From Octopus vulgaris (Eukaryota), in contig OX597816.1 of NCBI GenBank assembly GCA_951406725.2, positions 120,652,001 through 120,716,000 of the forward strand: DNA of 64,000 nt, read 5' to 3'. The notes below the pieces were generated by a model. The model was not told the DNA's origin. It was given only the letters and a program-made list of their open reading frames with translations, and ran no database searches. Each line of letters opens with the position of its first letter. The first letter of the stretch is position 1. The position numbers were made by a program, and so were the translations under genes. Below, piece after piece: positions 23,950-38,775 of this stretch.

Positions 23950-25515
23950 TGTTAGTGTCACACTTAATCCCCCTTTCTCAAAGAATTTTCAAGAAGATTA
24001 GAATCAACTTTTCTGGTTTTGAAATCCTCAAATCTGGTTTTAGTTATTTTTTAAAAGCTCATTTAACTCTACAGCAAAACTATTCTAACCTGACTTCCTG
24101 TGAGAAAATCGAAAGCATCATCAGTCCTGAGTTGATTCCCACAACTTTGCGGTTTTGTTTCGAAAACTTTTACAATAGTATACATCTCATGAATCAGCTA
24201 ATTTTGTTCTTGTAATTTTAAATTGATGTCATTAAAATGGTTAGTTATATCTATGAGAATTACAAGGTCACAAATCCAGTTATCATTCAACAACTCAAGG
24301 ACAAATTTACTCTCCATTTTTAAGATGGCGCATACCGATTCTCTGAGGCTATAAATCTGTTGAAGCATATTCATTTTACTTAGCCCAGCAAAGTAATAAA
24401 CCGGATCACTATAACTTCGATTCAAATTATAAAAACTATCTAAAATGTTGATCGTTAAGTGCTCGGAATGTTATAAAATCTAGTGTTGGAATAACGACAC
24501 GCATAACATTTCTAAATTTTACAAACCGATAAAAATAAGTACTAGGTTTACAAAGAATAGATCCTGAGGTCGAGTTCTTCGACTAAAGGCGGCGCTCCAG
24601 CATGGCCGCACTCAAATGATTGAAACAAATAAAAGAAAAAAAAAGATAAAAGAAATGACCTTAGAAATTAAATTTTCTTGATGAATTAATTATGCAAAGA
24701 ATTGTGGGAAAATCGGTGTTTGATAAATTCAAAGAAGTTCATTCGTGTTTTAATTTTGATATAAAGCCTATCTTAGGCCCAACCATATCTGTGGTCTCAT
24801 CTATTGTTACACTGACGAGTCTTTGAAGCAGGAGATTAACTTCATTGTTGCTTTCTCTTCTTCATAAATTTTATATCCTGTAACGGTGTCTTTCATTGTC
24901 TGAACAGTATGTGATTATTGAGCGATTATCAATACTACGTATGAAAATTACCAGTTGGACCGAATCGGATATATGCTTTTGTCGATAGCCGATAGAAAAT
25001 AATAACATACTCTTACTTTTTTCTGACAGCGCACTCTCGATATTGCTGCAATTTCTTCAATCCGTTATGTTATCATTCTGGAAACAAGTTAATCTTGTCA
25101 AACATATTTAACTTCCCCGGGAATAAAAGTTCAGCCACTGCTAAAAGACATTCCTTTACAAATTCACCGTCGGCATTATCTTTTTTATGTTTAGCAACTT
25201 TTTCGTCAACAATGTAACTTGCTTATATAATTCCGTCTAGCTCCATCTGCCTTTTAGAAAATAACGTATTTAGGCAGCGGGTCTACTCCTTCAGAGCTTT
25301 TTGCTTATTAATATCTCCTTCATATTTATCGTACAGCTTAATGTTTTGCAGTCTAATGTGGTTTGACTTGAAATTGTTTAAAAGCGAAAGAAGATTCGTA
25401 ACATCTTGAACACATCGACTCAGTTTTTATTTTGTCAAAGAAGTGATCATTTGTTCACTTTTCCTTGAATTTTCTTGTTTCAGAAATTTTCTTTTCTTTG
25501 TATGAAATCATGAGT
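23950..25515 (-). pseudogene. hAT (SPIN/Charlie/GTF2IRD2-like) transposase relic, interrupted by a SINE tail at ~24525-24655
   Basis: YSDPVYY..GLSKMNMLQQIYSLR...NWICDLVILIDITNHFNDINLKLQ matches the hAT WLS...LAFL.DIT.HLN.LNL.LQG pattern; N-terminal KKISETRKFKEK..HFF..C..C motif near 25500; many stops and frameshifts. Confidence 0.8.
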
Positions 25516-26365
25516 TATGATATCAAAAATTTGAATTTAAAATAAAGAATAATTATTGATTTAATGCTCAGTTCACTTCCACTGTTTATAACTGTTTGCT
25601 GCGATAATTCAGCGACTGTACAATACATGTATATTGCGCAGTGTAGCTTTGCACACACTTTGAAAGTAAAGTTTTGTCAGTCCTGTCTGATAACGATACA
25701 CCCCGGTTGTTACAGGCGCTGAGTTATTGCAGCAAGTCGTTATAAGCGATGAAACACAATTTGAACATTAAAACAATAATTTTGATTCACTGATGGAGTG
25801 TCCTGTATAGAGAGACCAGTTTAAGGCTCTTGAATGAATGGACGGTTGCAAATTGACTCTAAGGCACGTTGAAAATTACAGAGATGACAAATATTTTAAT
25901 TTTTCTGACAGATGCACACACAACGCAACAAGCATTAATAAGTAAGGGAGGTTAGTTTGAAGTTTAAAAGCTATTCCTCCTTTGATACCAGCTTCCCCAA
26001 AACGTTTTGAGTGAAAGTGTAAGTGTACAAGTGAGAACGAAATAAACTACATTGTAAGAAATTCTATTTTCCTCATGAAATTAGGTGTACTGTTTAGAAA
26101 GTCAGATACCGCGCAGTTTGCTCCTGACTGATCTTCACATTAACTTATATTGCTTTTCACAAAAGCTTGGTGATTTAAGCAAAGATCAATGACAAAAATT
26201 TCATCAGAATATGCAAGCAATGGAAGTGAAGTAGCAGAAAAGGTGAATACACACAGGATGAGAGAGGACCCTCGGAACTTTTAGTGGGACTGCTCTGCTG
26301 AATCTCATTCAAGGAAATTATAGAAAAATGCTTCATGTACGTTGATTGGATCGTAAGTTTAAATA

Positions 26366-27268
26366 AGAGGTGGTATCAAAACGTTCCCCGTCTAGTTCTG
26401 TAGCAAGCCAACAGATGGCAGTACACAGCTGCGTGCGCAGTGGGAGCTGGCAGTGACCTTCCTGAAGTAGTGTGCCGAATGGCATAGTTATGTTTATTTC
26501 GCATGTAGTGAGATTTGTATTTTTGTTACCACGTGTACGCTGTAGTGTGCGATTTTTGTCATGGACAGGAAGTTGAAACAAAGAGCTAACGTGAAATTTT
26601 GCGTTGAACTTGGGAAGTCTTCTACAGAGACATTGAGCCTGCTTCGGACAGCTTACGGCGGCGAGGCAATGGATCTTACGCAATATTTATTGTGGCACAG
26701 TGCTTCAAAAGCGAAAGAACGTCTTTGGAAGACGATGAGCAATCTGGAAGACCTGCTACGAGTGTTAACCCCGGGAATGAGAAGAAAATTCATCAGCTTG
26801 AGCATGAGAATTGTCGGGAGGAAAATCAGCGAAATTGCTGATGTTGTTGGTCTGTCGTATGGGATAGTGTAGGATATCCTAACGTATGGATTCTTCACTT
26901 CGACAATGCACTCTGTCACTGAGCTCTCCTCATTCGTGTGTTTCTTACAAAAAACAACATGGTATCGCTTCCGCACCTTCCCTATTCTCCAGATTTAGCA
27001 CCTGCAGTCTTACATCTCTTCCCCAAGATGAAAATGCAGCTCAAATGTTTTAACACCGTTGTGGAGATCGGTAGCAAATCGCAAAATGTTCTCGACTTGT
27101 TTTCGGAAAACAACTTCCGGGCCGGATTCCAAAAGTGGTAGGAATGCTGGGACCGGTGTATTGCTGCGGAAAGTGACTATTTCGAAGGAGATGATGTTAA
27201 AACGTAGGCAAATAAGCTATTTTTGTTATTAGACATAACTAGTCCTGGAACTCTTTGATACTACCTCA
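26366..27268 (+). mobile_element. Internally deleted mariner transposon with both TIRs and TA flanks
   Basis: TIRs gaggtggtatcaaaacgttccccgtctagt / actagtcctggaactctttgatactacctc; MDRKLKQRANVKFCVELGKS (HTH) and LPHLPYSPDLAP; ~900 bp, central region missing. Confidence 0.92.
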
Positions 27269-28211
27269 TATTTTATATTTATCTTTGAGTTACAATGACT
27301 ATGGATTTTAATGCAGTGCAATCTAAGCTTTTGTGTTGAAATAAAATTAGTAATATGCGATTGTTTTAATAGAACATAGTGGCGCTGTAATATTGTTGCT
27401 TTTTGTGTAAAATAGCAGATGGTTAATTAATTTAGAGTTGTTAAGTCAAAATTGATGGTATTTTTAAAATATGCTCTAAATATAGTCCAAAATAGATCTG
27501 AATTCTAAGGCATCAAAATGTAAAGTACACCTGCACTTCCTAATTTCAGTGTACAAGTGAATACAAGCTTTATATTGCACCTTCAAAACTAGAGAGATGT
27601 CAAATCTGCCTCAGATTGCAATTTATATTTAAAATGGGATGATGCTTTGGATAATATAGTAGTGAATGTACTATGTTTGAAAGAAGGTAGGATGATAATG
27701 ACTGAATAATATCGTTTCGATCAGGATCTACCTGGAGCTAGAAACAAAGTCCATTACCACCACCACCTCCACCACCACCATCATATGGTAATTAGTGGTG
27801 GTGGTGGTGGTGGTGGTTGCAGTCAATCTTCCAGTGAAAACAGCGAAACTATGCATCTACTGGTTTTTCAAATTGCTGGTACTACCTCTCGGTACCGATT
27901 CCCGATCGGAATGTAACCATTCTTCTGTGAAGGGGTTGGATTTGAACTCAGAAGATACAGAACTGGTACAGAAACTGCAAGATATCCCGTCTGAAGCTCT
28001 AAAGATTTGGCCAAATACTAAGAGTCAATATAAATGTAAAAATACAGGAGCTTGAGTTATGTTTGTGATGGTCTGTTTTCAACAAATAAATAGTTAATTA
28101 ATTAATAGAATTCTTAAATGTGATACATTCGTATGACAAGAGAGGTAATGTGAACTGACATTTTGAGCTTGACTATTCTTGGGGTAAAAAGTGAAAAGTT
28201 AGGTGGAGCGT

Positions 28212-28716
<505 letters not shown>

Positions 28717-28863
28717 ATGTATGAAATTAAGGAGTGTAAAAAAACATGAGGAAGTTGAAAGGACTTTACATAAAATAAATGCTAAATCAACGTTTAGAGG
28801 ACAAGGCAACGGAAAGAAAAAAGAGTAGGGATAAAAAGTCAGAAGAATCTGTATTTCTAAGTA

Positions 28864-29332
28864 GAGTAATCCCTCGACATATTGCGGTTCCGCTATTGAG
28901 CACTCAGTACATTGCGGATTTTTCTGGCTAATATATGTAAATTTATATCGCGTGTTTCTGCGGCCGAAAGGCATTTATATTTCTTTAGATCTTAATTATT
29001 TCTGTGGTAAAATAAGCATTTTCACGCCTAAAAATTGTAGATTAATAAATAGAAATAGAGTATAGTACTGCACTATATAACACATTAATATAATAAAAGA
29101 AAGTACGTAGTGTACCGTAGATAAGTAAACAAAGAATCGCACATACTGTATGGAAAACAAAACTCGGGCGGTGAGTGTGTGGCATTGTTTTGCATTTATA
29201 ATAAAATAAATATATATAAATTATAAAAATGATAAAAATTATATACAGTACAGTACTGTTTCTACTTCGTGAATTTTTACCTATCACGGGAGGTTTTGGA
29301 ACGTAGCAGCCGAGATAGTCGAGAGATTACTG
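28864..29332. mobile_element. pogo/Tigger-like MITE
   Basis: TA-(g)agtaatccctcgac ... gtcgagagattactg-TA; second copy in the opposite orientation at 53421-53909. Confidence 0.85.
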
Positions 29333-29449
29333 TATACAGATATAACTACCTAAATTAACGTTTATTACCCGTGTAAGCGAGAAGAATTAAATAGGCTATG
29401 TAACAGGGAGTGGTGCTTCTAAGAAGCATCCTTTTGACATAATAATGAG

Positions 29450-29985
29450 TCCTAATTTAAGCACGAAGCCAGCAGTTTTGAAGAGAATGGATTAATCGAT
29501 TCAATTAATCGAGGTCAATATACTGATCTCGAAGGGATGAAATGCGCAGTTGACCTCGGCAGAATTTGGAGCTCAAAGTGCAAAGAATCGAGGTAAATGT
29601 CGCAAGGTATTTTTCTGATCCTGTAGCTATTCTACCAGTTCACCAGCTTTACTTTTTATATGATAATTATTTCAAATTTTGACACACAAATAGCAATTTT
29701 AGCAGGTTGGGAGTTTGCTGATTACATCGGCCCAAGTACTTGATTAATACTTCAATTTATCGACCCCGAAAGGATGAAAGGCAAATTTGACATCGACGAC
29801 ATTTAAACACAGAACTTAAAACTCAGAGGAAATACTGCTAAACATATCTTTTTGACACGCTGAAGATTCTGCTAGCTCACTGCCTTTGATTTCAAGTTTT
29901 TCACGAAATCGGAACTTATTTCGACTGGAACTTATTTTATCAATCCCAAAAGATGGAATACAAAGTCAAACTCAGAACGTTACTC
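29450..29985 (-). mobile_element. Tandem cluster of degenerate Nin-domain-type SINEs
   Basis: Repeated cgaaaggatgaaaggcaaa / ctcagaacgt modules in the same orientation. Confidence 0.7.
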
Positions 29986-30291
29986 TTACTCTTAATTTTG
30001 CCCTGTGTGCTTTATACCCTTGGCAAGATAATAAAGTAGTCTTCTGTCTGTTTTGTTCAATCGGTGCAGAAACATCTAGCACTTATATATTGAATTATAG
30101 TATAACTGGATGAGAGTTTCACAAACTTTTGTGTCATTAACGTAATCATCATGCTAAGTGATCGGGATAAAGTATGTAGTTAAGCTAACTTTTTCAATTA
30201 CAAATACAATTTATCTTACGAGCTTCGATATAGTTTTACTTGCTGAGTTTCACTAACAAGATATTTTTTTTCTAAAATGTTACACAATATA

Positions 30292-30710
30292 GGCGCAGGA
30301 GTAGCTGTGTGGTAAGTAGCTTGCTAACCAACCATATGGTTCCGGGAACAGTCCCACTGCGTGGCACCTTGGGCAAGTGCCTTCTGCTATAGCCTCGGGC
30401 CGACCAAAGCCTTGTGAGTGGATTTGGTAGACGGAAACTGAAAGAAGCCTGACGTATATATGTATATATATGTATATATGTGTGTGTATGTGTTTGTGTG
30501 TCCGTGTTTGACCCTCTAGCATTGCTTGACAACCGATGCTGGTGTGTTTACGTCCCCGTTACTTAGCGGTTCGGCATAAGAGACCGATAGAATAATTACT
30601 GGGCTTACAAAGAATAAGTCCCGGGGTCGATTTGCTCGACTAAAGGTGGTGCTCCAGCATGGCCGCAGTCAAATGACTGAAACAAGTAAAAGAGTAAAGA
30701 GTAAGAGTAA
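30292..30710 (+). mobile_element. Full-length CORE-like tRNA SINE with internal (TA)/(TG) microsatellite and (AAGAGT)n-like tail
   Basis: ggcgcaggagtagctgtgtggtaag (A box), B-box region ggaacagtccc, CORE-like accttgggcaagt, tail gtaaaagagtaaagagtaagagtaa. Confidence 0.9.
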
Positions 30711-31377
30711 TATGATCACACTTTGAATCTCAATCATTCAAGCATGCCTTCTCCATCTAATATATTCATAAACATATACATACATATATGCAAGCATGCA
30801 TGCATATAGATATACATATATATTGCATACATAATAATACATACATGCATATGTGTGTGTGAATGTGTGTGTACAAATGCATGTGTGTGTATAGCGACAA
30901 ATGAGTAGTAACTGGATTTTTATTTCCTACAGTAGAATTTCAATCTTCTTGGAGACTCCAATTCAAGGGCATATATAGCAACGAGCTTCTGTTGAATGAT
31001 GCATTGGAAGAACTTAGATTTTCTAATTTTCAGGACCATAATATATTTCTGAAAGACACTTGTGTGTAAAAAAAAAACATGGAGCTCGCTTAAAATGCAG
31101 GAGGTGGATAGTTGGACACATTGATTCGATTTTATTTGACCTCCTCAGTGATGAACTTCCTCAGGACATTTTGAGCTAAGCCGTAAAATATTTTCTCTGG
31201 CATAGAAACTGAAATCAGTAAACAAAATATTCACTAATTTACATGAGAGCTGCCCGGCTAGAATTAAATCAATACATCTACTAGAAACAGCATTAGATTA
31301 AGATAACGATGCGAATAGCATAATGTATATGTATAAGTAGAGCAGCGCTATTATATTGGCATAGAAAAAATTCTCAA

Positions 31378-31590
31378 AGTGTTGTGGGTGTATGGTAAGA
31401 AGTTTGCTTCTCAACCATATAGTTCCAGGTTCAGTCTCACTGCATGGCATCTTAGGCAAGTAACTTGTACTATAGCCACAGGCCAACCGAAGCCTTATGT
31501 GAGAATTTGGTAGATGGGAGCTGAAAGAAGCTCGTCGTATATATATATATAAACACATGTTCACACACACGTCTGCATATATATATATAG

Positions 31591-31630
<40 letters not shown>

Positions 31631-31845
31631 TTGTGTTTGTCTCCCTTCACCGCTTGAAAACCGGGTGTTGGTTTCTTTACCTCTCCGTAACTTAGCGGTT
31701 CGGCAAAAAGAGTTCGATTGATTAAGTAGCAAGCTTTTAAAAAAAATAGTGATGTCGATTTGTTCGATCAAACCCTTCAAAGAAGTGCCCCAGCATGGTC
31801 GCAGTCTGATAACTGAAACAATTAAAAGAATAAAAGGATAGAATG
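31378..31845 (+). mobile_element. CORE-like SINE with internal (TG)n
   Basis: Colinear with the 30292 copy. Confidence 0.85.
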
Positions 31846-31895
31846 ACAAAAAGAAAGAATATTATTATTATTCTGATATATGTCAATGCATAATT

Positions 31896-31933
<38 letters not shown>

Positions 31934-33989
31934 CACATAGAATCTATCAATATGAGTGGGAAGCCGACCACCGAAACGTAAATGTTAAGCTAGATTTGTC
32001 GATGTGATTAGACGAATGACGTATTTTTTTATCACCAACGTATATTTTCCAAAATTCTCTTTTGTGTAACACGTATACATTTTATTTTGTTATGTGCCAA
32101 TGCTGTACATAATCATTAGCCTCTTATTTTTCTCTTTGTGTTTGCGCTTTCTTTTCATTTTCTGATTGTAAATTTTGTTTCAAATTTTAGCTAGCAGCAT
32201 CACGCTTTCTTCAGTAGTCTTGTTTAGAGAGATGAAATAGTAATTTGTAATAGTATAAGAGATAAAAATAAATTTAACGCAAAACAAAGAACAGTTTATC
32301 TTCAAGCATTGTTCTTTTGTTGTAATACAAGTAATGTTGACAATATATCATTTTAGTTTCTTTCTGTTTTATTTTTTCCCCGTTGTTTCTTACTGAGTTA
32401 CTAGGATGCTTGATTTGACAGAGTCTCAACAAGAGTCTCATGCAATTTACAAATGTAAATTAAATTGCATAATGTTGTCTATTGAGAAATTTAGTACATT
32501 ACTTGCTGTGTCGACAATCTCTATGGTTATGAATTATGCATGAAGTGTAGATGAGAAGTTGAATCAATGTTAGAGTGTCGGACAAAATTTATGTGGGTGC
32601 TTCGTTACAGAACTTTATCTTCTCAGTTCAAATCCTGCGCAAGTCATCTTTACCTTTCCACTCTGTGCTTGTTAAAATGGATATGAGTAATCTGCGGTGA
32701 GTGGACTCCTTCAAAAAAAAATTCCTTTCCCCTATACATACCTGAATATATATGTAAGAATTAAAGTTGGAATAGGTAGTTTTGATACGGGGCCAAAATA
32801 TTTTGAAGTGTATAGCTTTGTTTCCTTACGGTCAAAGTTGAAGTTTGTACCACAGGATATGAATTTGCCTCTCTGTAGGTTCGATAATTTAAGTACCATC
32901 GAGTGCTGGTGTCAGTATAGTCGCTTGGGCCCTCTCCATAAATGTATGGCTTTGTACAAATGGTGGAGAGTGTTAGTTATGTATAAAGTGAGAGAGTGTC
33001 ACAGTGGGATAAGGCATGTCACAGTTTGATTTCGAATTGCTGATACAATTCATCAGACTGGCTTCTATACAGTCTCCGTCTACATAATTTCATTACAAGT
33101 TATGGGTCAGTTCGAGGTATTAGAAAATGACACTTGCCCAAGACGCATTGCGGCGACATCGAACCAAGAATCTAGAGGTGGTGATGTGAACTTCTTAAAT
33201 ACTAGGCCGTACTTCGTATATGTACACACACACACACGCACGCACACACACACACACACGCACACACACACACATACACACACATTTGTAAGAAGTGAAG
33301 AGTTCAAATGCACAAAGAAATTTTAGAATTAATTAGAATTTAATTAGATTTCAAAATATAGGAATACACTTGACTGGTTTCACATGAACTATGTCTTATC
33401 TAGCCGTTGTTATAGAATTTTTTTTTGTTTTTTGTTTTTTTGAAAGAGTATGACTCAAAATGCTATCTGTTAATGTACAAATTGGTTGGTGGACGTTCAT
33501 CTGTAAAGCTCATGTGACAGCCGCATAAGAAAATCACATAAAAGTTTTTCTCCTTGAATATGTCGTATGACAGTTAGAAAAGTGAGATATGAACAAATGA
33601 TATTTATTACTGTTTTCTCTCTCGTTTTATGTCAAGAATGATAAAGATTGAAACTTAACTTTGATCAAAAAATATGTAACTGTTTAAATAAAAGTATTAT
33701 AGATAATTATTCTTTATCATTCTGTAGAACAATAATGCTATCAATTAGTGCTAGTTCACTCCCACTGAACATGTTAAAATATATCCCTTCTTTGTTAACA
33801 AGGTGCAGGATAAGATAACGTGGTATCGAATAACTAAGATATATGATGGCTGCTACATGAATTATGGCTTTCTTAAGAGCGAGCGGAAGTAGACACGTAA
33901 TATATTTATACAATAATTAATTTATAGGAAAAGCGAATCGTGTATTTCTGATGTTTTATCGCCTTTTCAGCTGTGATTTGTGTTTTTTA

Positions 33990-34330
33990 ATAAACAATTT
34001 TTTCTTATTTGGTCTTGTTTGGTCTGTGGTATTGTATGCACATTGATAGAGGGTAAAGACAAAAAAATTGGGAGATTTGGTTTCGTACATGTGTCCAGAT
34101 TTTCGCTAAGTGGCATTTGTTTAGTCCTGGGATTTGGATTTGTTGACGATGAATTGTTAATCTAATTTTAAAAGTGAGTTTAGTTTGTCCAGTGCAATCT
34201 TCCTTGCATCTGTTGCATTTGATTACATATATAAAATTTTTTTTTTGAAGAACGAGATGATTTTTCATAGTAAAAATTTGTTTCGATTTAAATATATAAG
34301 TTGTATCCTCAATAAGGCTGTCTGCTCCAT
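33990..34330 (-). mobile_element. Penelope-like GIY-YIG endonuclease fragment
   Basis: NFIYVIKCNRCKEDCTGQT...RLTIHRQQI matches the PLE pattern IY.I.C..C...YIGQT...R...H. Confidence 0.85.
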
Positions 34331-34359
34331 TCTCGAATTATTTTATTTCGGATATACTT

Positions 34360-34690
34360 TCACAATGATATTCCCCGCGTGGATCTTTCCATGCTCCCCT
34401 GCATCGTAGCCAATCGATGTTCTTCCCTCTTTGCAATAGCCCACGTCCCACTTGCGTATAAGAGCGCAAGTAAGACGGTGCTATTGAAGTGTCTGACGTG
34501 TAAGGTTTTGTCGAGCTTTGCATTGAGTACATCCTTTATTGAGGCAAAGGCCTACCATCCTGACCTTGTTCTTTTCGAAATTTTGGCATCCATTTTACAG
34601 AAGATATTCACTGTGTGCCCTAAGTAGACGTACTCCTTCACCACCACGATTTCATTATTTTCCATATCTATTTTGCTATCTACCACAAAA
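34360..34690 (-). mobile_element. RTE-clade LINE fragment (RT C-terminal region)
   Basis: VVKEYVYLG...KRTRSGW*AF...FNSTVLLALLYASGTW...RLATMQGSMERS. Confidence 0.8.
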
Positions 34691-34699
34691 TTTGTTTCT

Positions 34700-35300
34700 G
34701 CTCAAATTGCTTTCCTTAAGCAATTTGAGCAGAAACAAATTCATTCCAAAATCTTTGGAAATTAAAAAGCTGAAACATTTTCAAAGTATCATCAATTTTC
34801 ATATCCATACATTCTTCTCTTAACTCTTTCGAAACTTTTTTAATATAAAACATAAACAGCTTCCTTACCCAATTATACTTTTTTTTTATCTTAGTTCTCA
34901 CAGAAGCATTTATACTTTCTTGAGGGTACAGAAAAAAATTATCGTAAACTTTTTCTATACCTTCAAGAAAGATATTTTTGGTAGAGTCAGCAATTTCTGC
35001 AGCTTCTGAAAAACGCTTGAAGAGAAAGAAATGACACTTAATTCTTTTTTGATAATTCAGAATATCACTTTCTTCACTAATATTTCTTTTTTGTAGGAAC
35101 AGTATATCAATTTGAATGTGAATGCTCTCCTTGGAGGTACAACAAGTTAAGAGCAATGACTTTATCAACGAAGTCAGTGATATAAGATAAATATATCACA
35201 AATCTCCCCTCAGTCACAAAATTTATTTTTATGATAAAAGAAAATCCATTATTTCTGCATGAATCTCCAGTACCCCTCCCTGAACTTTTCTGCAAGGCAG
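34700..35300 (-). pseudogene. hAT (Buster/ZBED5/SCAND3-like) transposase C-terminal relic
   Basis: YLSYITDFVDKVIALNLLYLQG, KYNWVRKLF and REECMDMKIDDTLK..FW match the hAT motifs LAY..DIF..LN.LNL.LQG, W.RNPF and EEL..L..D..LK..F..FW. Confidence 0.7.
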
Positions 35301-35503
35301 CTATTTAGTATTTCAGCGTAACAGTAAGACATTCTAAGTAGATCCTACTGTATTACATAATTCAGAGAGTAACCTAACATTTGTTAGATTGGTTTAAATA
35401 AACTTGACAATAAGCACAGATATGGCGGTGTGGTTAAGAAGTTCGCTTCACGACCATGTTGTCTCGGGCTCAGTCCCACTGCGCAGCCAGCACCATGGGC
35501 AAT

Positions 35504-35564
<61 letters not shown>

Positions 35565-35704
35565 TATATATATACCTATGTGAGTTATTTTCTGAGTATG
35601 CATTGTTTGGAGACTTTTATTTGCAGTTGAAGAAATAGTCAAATTTTTGGCTGCTATTTCTGAAAAGTTCGGTGTGTGGTAAAGTGAATTTTTTTACTTT
35701 ACCA

Positions 35705-35743
<39 letters not shown>

Positions 35744-36512
35744 CACAGATGAGATCCAAATATTCTCCATATAGAAGACACTTAGCAATGCTCAAAAGAT
35801 TCAAACTTAGACTCCGATGCCTTTACAGGAATCATTTCACTATGTAAAGAGAGGCTATAAGAGGGATCAAATAGATTGGGTATAGACGAAATTATGCGGA
35901 TAAGAAAATTAGACACGTCAAATATATTAAATATATTAAATGTAGTAAATGTAAAATATGTATGTATGTAAACAGGCAAAACGAGAGAAAGCAAAAAGTA
36001 GAAACTTTCAGATGATGAATTTTTATGTATAAATATATAGTAATTTATCTTAATAGATCCAAATTACACAGAATGCAAAAGACAGAGAAAATTAAAGGGA
36101 TGGAAGAAAGGTGTTTAAAGTCCAACAGCTGTTTCTGGAGTTCTGCGATCCATAATAATCTTGGTAGATTTAGTTCATCACATTATTCGGCCGTATTGAT
36201 GCAACTAACATTGAATGGGATGATCCTTCTTGATCAGGGTAGAGAAGATCTTACATTTCAGATCGCATTACGGAAAAGTTCCATCTTTGAAATTAATATA
36301 AATATCTATATATTTATACATAAAAATTCATATATGTATATACATATATATGATAGATCGCTAGCCCCTACACATTCTTTATTTTCACTCCCTGTTTCTT
36401 TCTGAGTTCATTTCCGTGGAAGAGAGTAGGCTCGAAACGTTAAAGACATTTCACTTCCCGAGCGTTATACTAATACATCTGTTTGTTGTCTACACTACCT
36501 GTCTTCGTTTTT

Positions 36513-36595
<83 letters not shown>

Positions 36596-36664
36596 CGCTC
36601 TCAAGAATCGAACTGCAGCTTTTGAGCTGTCAGTGTAACGGACAATCGACGCTGTCTGCATCCA

Positions 36665-36713
<49 letters not shown>

Positions 36714-37619
36714 ACACGCACGCACGTATACACAAAATCATGCAAAACTTGAAAGTAATTTATTTTACACAAAAGCTTAATGTACTTATAATCGATCATA
36801 AATTCATATGAAAATAAGTCCCATGGAGTACAGTAATATTTTGTGTCTGTTTTAATCTCCGAAGAGAAGAAACTATGACAAGAAACCAATGAATAAATTA
36901 CATAAAACAAAATAGAAGGAAAATATTGTACGAGAGCAAAACTGTATTTATCAATTTAATTTATATCTCATTTAGTAATGGATTCACTCCAAAGCATCAT
37001 ACATATTCGCATATTTGAGCAGAAGTGACGCAAATACACACACACACACACACACATACACACACACACGCACGCACGCTTGCACACACACACACACGCG
37101 CACACACACACACACACACTCATACAGGCACATACATGTGTGTGTATGTGCATGCGTATATGTACGCAATGTATATGTGTGAATATACATGCGTGTGTAT
37201 GTGCGCGCGTGCGCATGTGTGTGTGTGTGTATGTGTGTTAGACATACGTATGCTTCACTTATTTAAATTTATCTTAGAAACGAGACATTAATCTGAGCGA
37301 GATCAAGAAGAAATTCAAAATATACTTATAAAAAAAAAGCTTTGAATAAATCCAGTTTATGTTGTTTGATTAACTTACGCATTTATGTATGTATGTATTA
37401 TGTATGTATTATGTATGTATGCATGTATGTATATTAAATATATATATATATATATATATATTATACAAAATGGGACAAGCACGCAAAACATCCAGACAGC
37501 TAGGTGATACAAAAAGGGACAACAAAAATCCAAATAGACGATACAAAAAAAACAAGGATGGGTCATTCGAAGCCCTCTATCCTCAGTCAAGCACCAGATT
37601 ATCATCGCAATTTCGGCTG

Positions 37620-37890
37620 TGTCATGCACTGGTGTGGAGATCAGCTGCCCAGTGGATATAAATGTCTCGTCAAAGATTGTGGAAGAGAACATCTATGGAG
37701 ATATAATGAGTGAGAGTTCTCATAAGAGATTATCAATTTTCATTTCCATTATCATAGGGGCATTGGCTTTATAACAGCAGCTCTGCATTGCGGCCTAGAA
37801 ATGTTAAGGTTCTTCTAGATTTAAGAAAACTGATTCACATCCTCCAAATATAATCCATTAAAATTTGTAAGACATTTCAGGGATTTTCCA
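37620..37890 (+). mobile_element. RLE-type LINE C-terminal fragment related to 15470-15935
   Basis: VEISCPVDINVSSKI...FISIIIGALG...KICKTFQGF. Confidence 0.75.
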
Positions 37891-38775
37891 TTTGCGTTTT
37901 CTTGGTTGAACATATCTTTTATCATTTATCATTTTACTTGTTTCCGTCATTAGACTGGAGCACTTGCCTGAAGAATTTCTAGTCGAATGCATCGACTCCG
38001 GTATTTTTTATAAACTTGGTACTTACTCTATCGATCTCTTTTGTCGAGCTGCTAGAATACGGGGACATGAACACATTAACATCAGTTGCCAAGCGGTGGT
38101 CGAGATCAAACATTGACACAAATACACACACACACACAAAATATATATAATTTAGATTCAGTTGAATTAAGTATTTAAATTTAGGCACCTTGTTAGGACG
38201 AACTTATCTGCACTCTCAAACAATATTTGATGAGTATGAAACTCTACATAGACTTTTTTTCCACCCGATATTCATGCAGTGTATATGATGATGACACGAT
38301 CCAACTTAGTGAATAAATCCGCTCTTGTTTGTTCAGACATGTACTTTATATATTCCAAATACTTCCAAAGTGCAGATTCCAGGGTAGTTGAGTAAAATAT
38401 GAGTAACAAAGATTATAAGTGTCAATTCATTACGGCCGTTTCGAGCGACTCCTTTAATTGATCAATGAAAGCATTACATCATTACAAAGAAAACCATTCT
38501 CATTAGATGACCAATTAGACCTCAAGCATAAAAGACAAGTTAAATATTTAATCATATTCATATCATCAAAAAAGAGCAAATATTTGCAAAGATTCTGCTG
38601 CTAAATGTTTTGGCAGAATGAAAAAAGAACAGTACAGCGACAGACAAGCCAGTAATTAGCATAGGCTAGAGGGGGTGAGAGAGGGATAAATAAGTATAGT
38701 GACCCCATTATCTACAATCGAAGACAATAGGGAGAAGGTATTCTTTGAAATTAGATCTTTAGGGGGTTATAAATG

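Noticed and set aside
30292-30360. tRNA-like A/B boxes here and at other SINE heads
   Set aside because: These are SINE heads; no complete cloverleaf, so they are not called tRNA genes
34716-35168. 150-aa ORF as a novel host gene
   Set aside because: Explained as part of a hAT transposase relic
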